NCBI GenBank assembly: GCA_026770705.1
Contig: JANJGN010000041.1
Coordinates: 5,394,001-5,458,000, forward strand
DNA: 64,000 bases
From: Isurus oxyrinchus
Taxonomy: Eukaryota
Direction of reading: 5' to 3'
The number at the start of each line of letters is the position of its first letter. The first letter of the stretch is position 1. The translations under genes were made by a program, and so were the position numbers. The notes under the pieces are model-generated. The model searched no databases, had not been told where the DNA came from, and was given only the letters and a program-made list of their open reading frames with translations. Shown here piece after piece: positions 11,900-23,700 of the stretch.

Positions 11900-12420
11900 C
11901 AGAATCCTGTATCCCCAGATTCAGATTTCCAGCCTCCAGTAAGACGGATATTTTGGAAACGAATTTAAATTATATGTCCCCTGATTCAGATCTCCAGCCG
12001 ACAGTAACAACTATGTTTTGGAGATGAATTTAAAACCTGTGCACAATGATTCAGATCTCCAGTCTGCAGGAACAGGGATTTGTTGGAGGAGGTTTTGAAT
12101 CTTGTCTCCACTTTTCCAGATCTCTATCCTGGGGTACGTGGGAAGTTGTGGAGATGCAAGTGAGTACTGTAGCCGCTGATCCAGATTTGGAGTCTGGAGT
12201 CAACAGCCATGGTTAGAGATGGACTTCAATCCTGTATCCATGGGTCCAGGTATGCTTTCAGAGGTTCATGGGATGTTCTGGAGAAGGTTTTAAATCCTCT
12301 ATGCATTGGTCCAGATCTGCAGTCTGCAGTCACTGGCATGTTGCTGAGGTGAATGTGAATCATGCACCCCCTGATCCAGATCTTCAGTCTGAAGCTTCAA
12401 CGATGGTATGCAGTTGTAGC
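11900..12420 (+). repeat. 65-bp tandem repeat, 8 diverged units (copy A)
   Basis: GAT(T/C)CAGAT core recurs at 11918, 11983, 12048, 12113, 12178, 12243, 12308 and 12373, exactly 65 bp apart. Confidence 0.92.
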
Positions 12421-13059
12421 TGAAAACGATATCCATTGACACACTTTTCAAGATTCTCCTTCAGGAAGTTGGTGTCCATACGTTGATGGTTTTCTATTTT
12501 AATCAACAAGAATGGACAAGCTTAGATTTCTGTCTGTACTGCATTATAAACTCCCTTAAAGCCCTCCCACAAATAATTCAGAATTAAAGTATTATGAGGG
12601 ACCAAGAGACAGTGAATATTAAGAACATCTTCCCATGGGCAGGGAGGGCAATGTCCAGGTTAAATATATTCAGTGAAACTGCTGGAAACGTTACACTGAA
12701 ATTGAGTCCTTTTTTCACCCAGAGGCTGGTGGGTGTTTGGATCTCGCTGTCCCAAAAGGGAATAGAGTGAAAGACACTCTCACATTTAAAGCAAAATAAC
12801 TCGGGTATGAAGTTTAAATGCAGTTACTGCCAATAGCAGAACGGGTAAAACGTTTTGTGACTAAATTTAATCCGTGTAAATCATTGAACGTTTACAGGAG
12901 AAAGGGAGTCCATTCAGCTCTTCACACCTGTATTAACTGCCTGCAAATGTTATTCATCTGGCCCCGTGCTCCGCCCTTCCCTGTAGACAGGTAAATATAC
13001 CTCTTTCAAGCTCAATACCAATTGCCTCTTGAAAACCATGATCAAAATTCCCTCAATCA

Positions 13060-13758
13060 CATCCGAGACCATTCCCGCAGGCTATATTAACTCCCCCATC
13101 CTCACTCTCTTCCCGCTTTTTATAAACCATTTCCTGACTACTTAGAATATAAATCTGTTTTCCAGGCCCTTGGCTTTAAAGCTTCCGTTTCTGCCGGGGG
13201 TTTCTTAATCTAAGTCCACTTCATGCATTTATAAAAACAGACGCTTGCCCAGGGGTAAAATAATTTGCAACATCACCCCGGTGTTATTAACCACCGTTTG
13301 TCACCGTTTTTGTTATGATTTTTACCGCCAGCCTACCACTAGGCTATATTAGCCAACGCCCCCTCCCAGATTAAATCACCATTGAACCTAACCCCAGACC
13401 GCCCTGTTGCTTATCAGACCCTCACTGGAGATTAAGGATCCAGCCTCCGCTTCGCAGAGCTTTCAAACAGTTTGCTCTCTATCAGGGTTCACAACGTTGC
13501 CCCCTCTCTCACAGTTTTTATTAATGAGAACAATCCCGTCGTTGAATACTAATATCAGCCCCTAACCAGCATTCAGGGATTAGCCACCCTTACCTGCTGC
13601 TCTTCGTATGCCGCTTGCACCCAGCGCATTTTATTAAAACGCTCCCATAAACTGAGTCTATTGATCCAAATGTTCTTCTTATGGTTGAAACAAGGGTCTA
13701 GCCCAAAGGGGTATGTAAGTTGGTGCTCTTCTTTCTTTCTTTTTTTCTATTTTTCTTT

Positions 13759-13790
<32 letters not shown>

Positions 13791-14330
13791 TTTATTTTTT
13801 CATTTCTTGCTTTCTTTCTCAGCAGTTTTCTCTCCACGTTTCATATGGGGTCTTCACCTCCTGTACCCTCCTCCCGGTGTGTAATTATCCACCCCCTCGT
13901 CCTCAGTTTCATTAACCCCAACCACCCCCTCCCCACACTCAAATCACCCAGCACACCGCCCCGCACCCAATCGACCACCACGACCCCATTAGTGCCATGG
14001 ATGAAAAGGCCCAGCTTGCTGGCAGGTCTTAGTAAGAGTTTCTGACGGCCCGGGTGTATTTAGAGACTCATTGACCAACAGCTCCTGCACATGTGTTTTT
14101 TGAAAATCCTCCCTCAGCTCAATTTACAGGTCAATTGCCATCTCAATCCCCAAGGCTTAGTGAACCGTTGGTGGCACCTGGGCTACAAACCATCCCTTTC
14201 CTTGAGCATTTCCAAACCAATACACTAGGCCCTTTTTGCAATAAACTCAAAGCTCCACCAAGATTACTAACTCTCTCCCTACCAAGGCATATTAAACCTG
14301 TCCCTCTTCAACTGTTATGATCTTGCTAAG
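13060..14330 (-). mobile_element. Probable class III (ERV-L/ERV-S/SnRV-like) endogenous retrovirus gag remnant, interrupted by a (CTTT)n tract
   Basis: Minus-strand fragments 'DNYTP../RVQEVKTPY/MKRGEK', 'PFGLDPCFNHKKNIWINRLSLWERFNKMRWVQAAYEEQQVRVANP*MLVRA' and 'CMKWT*IKKP' echo class III gag motifs (YTPxEL..PGE; GLxP..K...Q..xE..PxxMxxLIRG; MxKWDGKPT). Confidence 0.45.
13728..13820. repeat. (CTTT)n/T-rich microsatellite
   Basis: Directly visible. Confidence 0.9.
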
Positions 14331-14487
14331 TAATTTAATATTCTCTTCTTAGAGCGATAGTGGTGAAATTATTCCGAGACGGTCCAAATACTTTCAAATT
14401 CTTGTAAAAGTGCTGTGTCCAGTACTGAAAACAATATCTCTTTGATGGCTTGATGTTCTGCATTTTGGAAATCTAGTTAAACCATAT

Positions 14488-15371
14488 TGTGACGAATGTA
14501 TAATATTTCTTGTGATATGATTCTGTATTTAGGTTAATATTGGGTTTCAGAAAGTTTCAGTGCATGTGTGTGTGTGAATTAATTTAAATGCAGACATAAT
14601 TAAATTGATTATTTTCGGGGCCTTCATCAATAAAATAAGGAAGTTCTGAAATGCAAAATATGTAAACATGGCTGCAGATTTGGAATGTGAGATGAGTAAA
14701 GTATGCATTTTAGGTAAATTTGGGTAGTTTGAGTTTCAAAGAGGATTTAACACCTAGCCTGTGAAGCCTAGCAAAGCGGCGTGTTTATATTGGATTCAAA
14801 AAGGTTAACAATAACATTAGCACTATGTAATGATTTTTTGTAGGGAAAAAAAGTAATGTTCGATAGCCATATTGGGAAAATGACATTTTCAATAAAAGGG
14901 AAAAACATGTTACATGGATGTAGAAGTTCTTTATTAGAGGAGACATAGCAAAATCTAACATAAATGGGAAAAAGCCCCCATCGTTTGAGCATTAAGCCTC
15001 TGTCTACAGAAATCAAAGCTGTGAAAAACGCCACTTTGAATTCTTCTATCCAGGGTGTTGTGTTGACTAGCCTGGATGTGATTCAGGTTTTACTGTTACT
15101 GTAATGAGGGTATAAATGGAAATCACGTTAATTAGGCTTTCTGAGCTTTATTATTGTATTAATTTGTACACCTATGAATTTACTTTAAATCTTAATTGTT
15201 GTTATTAAATGTTTGATTTAATTTTCCGAAATCTTGGTGGTCTTCTTACCCCTCAATTCAGGGCATGCATTTCGAAACAAATACATAATGCAAAACCGTT
15301 GTGACTGCTTTATCAGGTATTTTTTTGTAGGATTCTTCCAACTAGCACACATCACCTGCCGCATCATAAAA
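14488..15371 (+). mobile_element. LTR-like segment 5' of the Gmr1-type Gypsy element
   Basis: Starts TGTGACG and ends ..CCGCATCATAAAA; TATA-like GGGTATAAAT near 15108; immediately precedes gag. Confidence 0.55.
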
Positions 15372-18300
15372 AGTGTTGATCCTTGCTATAGGTTTGAAAA
15401 TACTTGTGTGGCTTGGAGTAGCTGAACTTTAACGTTGCAAATACGAGAAGCACTTTGAATTAAGGAGTTGGTGTGAAATGTTGTTTTTAAAACGTCGGGA
15501 GACTGCAAGATGCCCGTATCAATGGGTAAATCGTTGTTGGAAATAGCAGAAATAACTCTGATTTGTTTACCAGAATAAAAGCTAATGTAAACAACAGGTC
15601 TGTTGGTTAAGTTGCTTTTGAGGTTAAATGTGAGAGAAAAGAAAGCAGACATAGTTGAAGTGATAGCGCAGCATTTTAAGTTGGAAGTGAAAACTGAAAG
15701 TAATGAGTCAACTCTGGTGGTAGCGAAACTCCAGTTGGAATTGAGGAGGCATTATTTTCAATGAGCAAAGGAACTGGAAAACCTTGAACTGGATGCAAAA
15801 GAAAAACGAAAGAGAGATTGTTTCAAAAATATATTGGAAATGTGAAAACTCCAGAGGAAAACATTAACAATTCACGAGAGAGTCAAGGAAAGTGACAGAG
15901 AGTTCTGACTTTAATACGTTAGAGTTTACAAAAAGAGACATATGATGCAGATAAATGTTGTGATAATGAAAAACATATAACCCGTTGGTAAGATATCTAA
16001 ACTTGTGCAAGCTTTTCCAAAGATTGAAGAAAAAGTAGTGAAGTCGCACTCTGTTACATTTGAGAAGATAATACAGAGATGAAAAGGCCAGAAGTAAACT
16101 TGACATTGTAGTTACGGTATAGATAATTGGGTAGAGCTCATTTTGGTTATGCTTCACTGTCAGCAGGAAGGTCAGTAGACTTTCACGTGATAAAATACAT
16201 ATTTTGAGTGCATATGAGTTGGATCTTGAGGCAGACATGAAGAAATTTAGGAGTATAAGAAAGTAGCCTGGGAACATGTAACCTGAGTTTAGGAGAGTGT
16301 AACACAGTAATTTCGACTGATAAATCCAGGAATTAAATACAGAGACAACATATGCTGCTTTAGAGAATCAATTATTTTAGATTAACTAAAGTATTCGTGA
16401 CCTTCAAAAGTGAGATCTCATGTTGATGGACAGAGGGTTACAACAGTAAGACATGCCGCAGGAATAGATGATCATTAAATGTTATCTCGTACACCTAATT
16501 ATTTTTTGGCACACTTTTAAATAAGGGAGGCAGAGAAAATAGGAAGCTAAAGGACTGTGTGCAATCAGGGGAGGGAGGGAGTAGTTGCAAATTCCATGGC
16601 ATTCAGTGTTTTTGACCTGATATTTGGTTTCATAAAGATGTTTTTAGTTTCTGCCAGAAATGACATACATGCCAATAGTGGCGAAACCACAATCAGCAAT
16701 TAAAGCGCACCCTTTATTCATTCCAATACCAGCTTGTAGAGAACCATTTAGCACTTCCTTAATAGATTGTTTTGGACCCTCAGCTGAAGCAGAAGTGGGA
16801 AACAGTGTCTTTCAAAAATTATGGTAGCTCTAACAACATTTCCAGCGGCAGTGCATTTCGGGAAGATCATAGTGAAAATTGCAGGGGAAAAGCCATTTCA
16901 CTTCTTCGCAATATGTTGGTTACCTCTGGAAAAGCAATTAGATCAAGGCTCAAATTTTATGTCACAAATATTCAAATAAAAAAAATGGAAAGTTTGGGAA
17001 CGGAGAAAAAAATCAGCCTTTAGCATAATACTCACAATCATAAGGAACTTTAGCAAGTTGAAATCTAATGTTAAAGAGCACGATTAAAGTTTATTGAAAA
17101 TGATGTTCCATTTTTGGGATAAAGTCCCTCCATTTGCATTTCTAAGGGATGCCCACGGGGAGTCCATGGCATTCAGTGTTTTTGACCTGATATTTGAGGT
17201 AGTGGCGGGAGATGCAGTGAAATGAATTAAAGAAAAAGTTATCAATCAAGGTTCCGAGAATTCACATTAGAACAAAATGTCAGATCGCTGGGAAAGACTA
17301 AGCAAGGCCTGCGGGTCGTCCAAAAACATATAAAAATAGAAATGCTCCACAATACTGAAGGCAAGAGCAGATATCTCTTCTAAAGATCAAAGTTTTCTTG
17401 CTGGAGGAAATGTGTGAGTGTGGTGACTTTTCGCTAGTAACAAGAGAAAAGCAAGGTTCACGGGCCTTCGCTAAATCAAAAAGAAACTCAATTCTGTGAA
17501 TAATATAGTGAACAGTCTAAGCAGCTAGAAATTCAACTGAATGTTTCCCGTTAATATGTTAATTCCATATAATGGCTGGGAAGGTAACCAGGAGAGGAAC
17601 TTGTTTGCATTAGTGAAAGGAGAAAGTGGAGAACTTAATATCTCAAACATTTGAAGAATGAAAAATAAATGGGATATTGTAAACTCGACCCTCCAGTAGT
17701 TAAATTGAACAGTTCTGAGGCGGTTAAAATTTAGATGAGAGCATAAGAAATAACAACAGGGGTAGACCATTCGGTCCCTTGAACCTGCTCCGCCATTCAA
17801 TAAGATAATATTTGATCTTCCAGTGATTAGATTTCCATATAGCAATGTAACCCGGATAACCCTTGATTCCCCTGCGATGTTACACTAAATTCCAGAAAAT
17901 AATTTCGAGATGCCTTATGAAAGTTATTACAAACTCATGAAAGTCAATGTACAGATCGACCAAGGAAAACGGCTTTGGCTTTATATGTTGCAATGTTGGG
18001 GATGTCACCAATAAAGCAACATCTACTCATTCTCAATCCATGGACGTTAATCCAAGCGAAGGAAGCAATAAAGTTTATGTTCGAGGATGACATTATTAAA
18101 CCGAGTAACAACATATGGAGCTCATCTCCTATTAAGGCACCTAAACCAGATGGGTCACAATGATTGTATATAGTTTATGGCAACGTTAATGCATTCACAT
18201 ATGCAGATCCATATCTTATTCCACGATTGGAAAACTGTATTGAAAAGATTGGGCAAGCAAGTTTCCTGTTAGAAAAATGATTTATTGTAGGGGTATTAAA

Positions 18301-19430
18301 AGTCCCGTTAACTGAAGAGGCCAAAGTAACATCAGATTTTGGAACAACGAATTGGCTTTTTCAACTGAATGTCATGCCTTTCGGAAAGAAGAACACAACA
18401 GTAACATTTCAATGATTAAGCAAAACGTTATTGAAGGATTATTTAATTGTCGTACATATGTAGTGAGACTTTCGTTGCTTTCAGCTGAGCTTGGGGGGAA
18501 GTTTACAACTATACAATGATGTGTTTGGTCATTTAGAAAGATACAATTTAGTCATAAACTTTGCATAAAGTGAATTTTCCAAAATGAAGTTGATTGATTT
18601 GCGCCAAACTATGGAGAAAAGGCAAAGTGATCTCCAGAAAAGCAAAAAATGAGGGTCATCTAGTATTGAAAGTGCTTAAGAATACTGGAGAGATGTTATG
18701 GTCTATTAGCATACGTGGATTTTTTCGGAAGTTTGTCCTGAATTTCAGCAGGGCAGTGTTTCCCCTGACAACTCAGTAAAGAAAAGCAAAAAATATTTGA
18801 ATGGAAAAAGGATTGTCTAAGTGCCTTTAGCAGCCGGAATGTTGTACTCACCACTCCCACGTTTTTCACAGCATCAAAATATGTGAAGCCAATTAAGCTG
18901 ACTTTTTATGCTAGTGAATGTTGGATCAGTTTTATCACAGGGCAACGAGACGGGAATTGAACGGCCAGTCTGTTACGTTACTGGCAATATATATTTTTTT
19001 TTTCCCCCAGGGAAAATACTCAGAAGTGAGAAAGATAACCTAAATATAGTGCTGGCTGCAGAACATGTTGAAGTTCACTCATCCTAAAATTCTGCAGAAA
19101 TTATTATATTCTAACGACCAGAATCCATTATCCTTCCTAGAAATGTTTCAGAACAAGAATGTGATACTATGTTTTTTAAGTTTAATGCTATTCCCTTAAA
19201 AGTTAAACCTCAGCCATGTCGCTGGAAATTACTTTATCTAGAGCAAATATGGAGGACGAAGAAAACCATAATTAAAATGGGCCTGCGTAGATTACGTTTC
19301 TTATGGAAAATACTAGCATATTTGCTGTAAGAACATAGTTAAAGTCGTAAGATAAGATAAATGTAGTGAAGAGACGAGATGCTAACAGGAAATGTAAATG
19401 CCTCTTAAAGCTACCTTTTCAATTCTTATC
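15372..19430 (+). mobile_element. Gmr1-like Ty3/Gypsy retrotransposon internal region (SCAN-like gag - integrase - RT - RNaseH), decayed, protease region deleted
   Basis: Gag 'LVQAFPKIEEK..TFEKI', 'ILSAYEL..EA..KKFRS', 'VRSHVDGQRVTTVRHAA..DDH'. Integrase zinc finger and core at 16630-17560 precede RT 'SPIKQH..LNP..DIIKPSNNIWSSSPI..PKPDGS..DPYLIPRLENCIEKIGQA' (17975-18560) and RNaseH (~18850-19250). Confidence 0.88.
17735..17875 (-). mobile_element. CR1/SINE 3' tail inserted in the Gypsy element
   Basis: CATAAGAAATA..GTAGACCATTCGGTCCCTTGAACCTGCTCCGCCATTCAATAAGAT, the reverse of a typical elasmobranch CR1 tail. Confidence 0.75.
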
Positions 19431-19431
19431 C

Positions 19432-20319
19432 TGTTACGGGGTAAGTGATGGGAACTAGATGTAATTTTAGACAAGCTACAAATGTATTTATAATGTGAAG
19501 CCTGGGTTTGGTTTCAGTTTGGACTTTTGCAACATTCAGCGGGCCAGCCTGGGGCACTGCTTGGATGTTTACATTTTAATGAATGCTTTACTAATCTTCA
19601 AATGAAGAGATTGGCTTCGATAGGATTTGGTGATTTAGGCAAATTGAAACTAAAACAAGAAGTAAGAAATAAAACTGCGTTGTTGACTCACAACTGGTGA
19701 TCCCGAGGATGTGCAGAGATCCATAAAGACAAGGAGCCTATCACCTTGTAGTTTCAGTTGGTGTTAGAGTGCCAACGAGTCAAGACCCGACGAAAAGGCC
19801 TCAGTCTCTTTCCAACTGGGCATGATGCCAGATTCTTGAGGAACTCGTGGATAACCCTCTAAGGGTAAAGTATAGGTGAATTTGAGCGTTCTGGATATCT
19901 TAAGGGAGATACCAATTGTGCAATTGCTTCTAGTGAATGGTCGGAAGACTACTGGAAAACCAAATTCTTTACCACTGAACAAGCGTTATTCTTGGTCCAG
20001 AACTAATCGTGCCTTATCACTGGGGTCCTGGGTTAATAAGGGCATTAGTAGGATGAAAGGGGCAGTGTGAGTTTCTGTCACTTATTTCGTGTTCTCTGTA
20101 ATGAAAACGTACCAAGTGTTTGGTTGCCTGGTGTAATATGATCATGATTAATTAAACTTTTTTTGCGACTCATGCAAAGTCAAATAAGAGTCCTGTGAAC
20201 CTTCTTCACTAAGGAACCCACGGTTTCAAAATAAATGATTTCTTAAAATAGGCCATCAATCCAGGTTGCATTCTGCTGTGTAACTCTGTTTTTATAAACA
20301 GCGTGGAAAACTTATAACC
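19432..20319 (+). mobile_element. Second LTR-like segment (not visibly similar to 14488-15371)
   Basis: Starts TGTTACG right after the pol end, ends ..CTTATAAC; ATTAAA signal near 20151. Confidence 0.45.
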
Positions 20320-20560
20320 CTCCAGTCCTCGGATATCACTCCAAGGTGCACTTACATGTCATGGTCAGTCAAACCTCTACTCGCAGCCTTCCATCCATTA
20401 GCGACCCACATACATCCGATAGAGGGCAGGTAATGTTCTATTCTGTTGTGATAAAAAAAATGTTGGATAGCAAGACGTTAACTGAACCACTTTGTTCAGT
20501 CCCTGTAATTAACTTCAATCTCCCTGGATCCTAATTGTGTCACAGGAGGGTTCCACTCTG

Positions 20561-20575
20561 CTATTTATATGGGGC
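20561..20575 (+). promoter_or_regulatory. TATA-like box of the GPR139-like gene
   Basis: CTATTTATATGGGG about 140 bp upstream of the ATG at 20706. Confidence 0.4.
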
Positions 20576-20705
20576 TCATTTCAATGTGCCTTCCCCTAAT
20601 GTCAGGGGGACAGTCGCATTCAGCACTCACAAGGATCAACGACTCCATAGAGAGGGGGAGAAAAAATATCAGAACCTGAGAATAATAGATTGGAACGTCA
20701 CAACA

Positions 20706-23700
20706 ATGAATCAGAATCTTAGAAGAAAGTCTTGGAATGTTACAAAAATGGACAGGAGTTTATCCTCGGGGCTTTATTACCTTTCTCCAGATCGGATATC
20801 ATTAGCTGATAGGATCCTGGGTGTAATTTCATTAATCCAAGTGGGTTACTTTCCCATCCTGGCTCTTTTCGGTGTCACCGGTAAGAACCTATATGCAACA
20901 ATCTGTTATTTGAACCAGATTGACTGCATTGCCTTTACTGTCTTTTACATTTCAGGAAGATGGAAGTCATTTGCTACTGTTCCCATTTTAATGACCGTTC
21001 CCTATCCAGTCGCTCCACCCGCCTACCACGCCACTATCTAAGTCTGATCCATAGTGTCGTCGACCCCGAGGCCCCATTTGGCCCTGAGCTGATTTCTGAG
21101 CCCATACCCTTTCCATCCATAAGCCTGTCTTCGACCAGATCTGCAGCCTCACCCACGATCCTCACAGCAGTAGCACATCACCGGAATGCTCCCTCAGCTG
21201 TGCATTTGTCAAAGCCAGACTCGGCTTTTAAAATGTTAATCTGGCCATACAATTGCAGTTATAAACCTTCTTGAAACATACCATGTACAAAACTCTGCTT
21301 TCTGTAAACTAACCCATGCCAAATCTCATTCCACCATCATCCCTGCGCTCACGGGCCAACATTGCTTCCAGGTCTTTCAGCTAGTCAATTTCAAAATTCC
21401 AATCCTGTCACCTGATTACTCTTTAATCTCATTTCTCCAATCACTCCCATGCCCAGAAACTCAGACATGGTGCCCCTTGTTGTGCAGGGGTTTTCAGCAT
21501 GTTTGACACTTGCCTTTTAAACACTGTCTGTACCTGCCCACCGAAAGCCTGTGTTAATCACTCTCAGCTAAATGTTTGTTAAACAACACGAGGCACCCTC
21601 TCCAATTTAATTGAAACGGGCCGGACATCTAACTGTCAGCTGAAGGGCTTTTGACTGACTTCTGTTATTGCAGGGTCCATTGAGGTGCTGTAGATGGTTT
21701 TCATGGTGCTGTGCTGTGAGGGGCTGCATACATTGAGAGAGGAAAGAGGATTTATAGGCCATACCTTGGAAGAGTTTTTGGGCCTGTAATTACAGTGCAT
21801 CTGGACCTCTACCATGACTAGCGAAAGAAGTGGAGTGAAGAGGGAGCGGAACGCCTGTTATCATTTGGGTGTCGGGGGGTGGGGGTTGCTTTGGGGGGCG
21901 GGTGAGGGGGGTTGCACTGCCCTAAGCACCGCGGGATTTTCAGGGACACTTTAGAAACCTATACTTAAAACATGGGCAGAGACAGATATAACTCTGCCAC
22001 GACACTAGGGTGTTACAGTGCCATCTCAACTCCTTTAACAACACTTGGGGCCGCACACCACGTTGAGAGAGCTGCAGTCTTTGGACACGAATTTCACAAG
22101 ATCAGTGAAACTTCTATGGATTCGGAAGATTCCAGGCAGGGGAATAGTTGTTGTTATATTCATTATCTCCCAGTATTTTGCCTAACTATGTATTCACTAG
22201 CCGACAGAGAACATCTATGCTGGGTGCCACGTTTATACCGGTGCTCCCTCAACAGGGAGAAGCATAATGATTGGTCTCATGGCCTCCTAGGGTAGAGGGA
22301 CTCCCGATGGCATGAGTGATTCCGCCGTGGCCGATTAGAATTGACAGAGAAAAGGCTCTGAAAGAACTATCACTGTATTGACGTGCATTTGATGTATGTT
22401 TATGCACAGTACATCATGTTGGTGAATAGCCACTATCGTGACTAGAGCCGCAATCCCTTCATTATGAAGCACTCGGACATTTACAGCATCTTTGATGCTC
22501 CATAGAGAACCACAAAGTGGATTTTCGGAGTTGAAGGCTGCCCCGTCGGTACATGGATCAAAAAACTTTACTTTGCCATTCTGTAACTCCAACCAAGCAG
22601 GTGAACATAGCATGTCAATGCCAAAAGCGATGGAGTTGCATAGAGTATTGTGGATCAGCCTGCCAGAGTGGCAAAGAAACGCTTCTGATTCCTGCGCCGT
22701 TTGGAGTGAACCCTCCAGTACACACTGGAGCAGCTGATCATTTTCATAGTGTTCTGCTTGATCCTTCATATCATCACCATCATAAGGATACAGGCAATGT
22801 CACCAAGAATCCAGAGGGCAACGAAGGTGAAGAGGAGATTGTGTTAAGATATATCGTGGATGCTTTCGCCTTTGACAGGTTGTCTAGATGTGCCCGCTAA
22901 GAATCCTGTTTGCACAAAACTTCCTTTTCTGAAGTTGTACTGAACGTAAATTTAAATGTTTACACAATGGAAATCCAACAGCAAGATCAAAGGACAGGGA
23001 CACTGTTGCTAATAAATGAAACACTTCAAAATTAGATAAGCTAAGAGACATTTTTGAAGATTTCACGCATTAAAAGAGGTTGATAGGCTTTACATGTTGG
23101 TACATTTCTTCAACACAGAGGCTCCGCCACACTGCAGACTAAAAGCCACATATTTACAAAATCCATTTGTCTTCAATCACGGAGGAACGAACAATTCAGT
23201 CCTGCAACGTTTTCAACCAACACATTAAGCAATTTAAGAAATGAGCTGTTCCTCTTCTACACTCCTAATAATTTAAGTATGTGTTGCATTTCTGCAAATC
23301 ATCATGCTTTGTGTGAGGGTGTATGAGTGTTTGTGTTGTACATGATCGTTATTATTTGTGTTTGTGCATTTTGTAAGAAACGGACGTTTATTCTTTCGTT
23401 TGAAATGATAATTCGCAAGAAAGCTCGCTTCGAAATTCTTAAAATACCATCTGTGGAGAAAAGAAACATTCCTTCTGATAACCGCTGAGCATTCCTGTCA
23501 GGAAGATATGTTGAGCAAAATATTAAATTAACCCATTTCTCTTCTTTCTCCTTAATGGAATCATCACCTCTGGCGCCTCTCAATCAACTGCGTCTCCCCT
23601 CTCACTTATGGATTCCACACTCACCCATGGGTACCACCCGTAATACGCACGCTGACCTGGCACTCCGTAAGCCTCAATCACCGCTAAGTGCAACTATTAT

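Larger units (their letters stand above)
1..12445 (+). repeat. Segmental/tandem duplication, copy A (paralogous to 29563-38557; probably extends left of the window)
   Basis: Collinear similarity by eye: 1 TAGTGTAGAAAAGGGTGATG = 29563 TAGTGTAGAGAAGAGCGATG; 7559 MPEQIKWDVVNQKGNSKEHKNPIKWRETS = 34034 MPEQIKWDADNQKGNSKEHNNPIKWRETS; SNRNP27 copies and 65-bp arrays in the same order. Confidence 0.95.

Noticed and set aside
11900-12420. 65-bp array (and the 50-bp array at 26295-26770) as a CRISPR-like repeat-spacer locus
   Set aside because: Whole units are homologous along their length with no unique spacers, there are no cas genes, and the context is eukaryotic.
20535-21041. 168-aa ORF as an independent gene
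   Set aside because: It is GPCR exon 1 read through from the 5' UTR into the intron.
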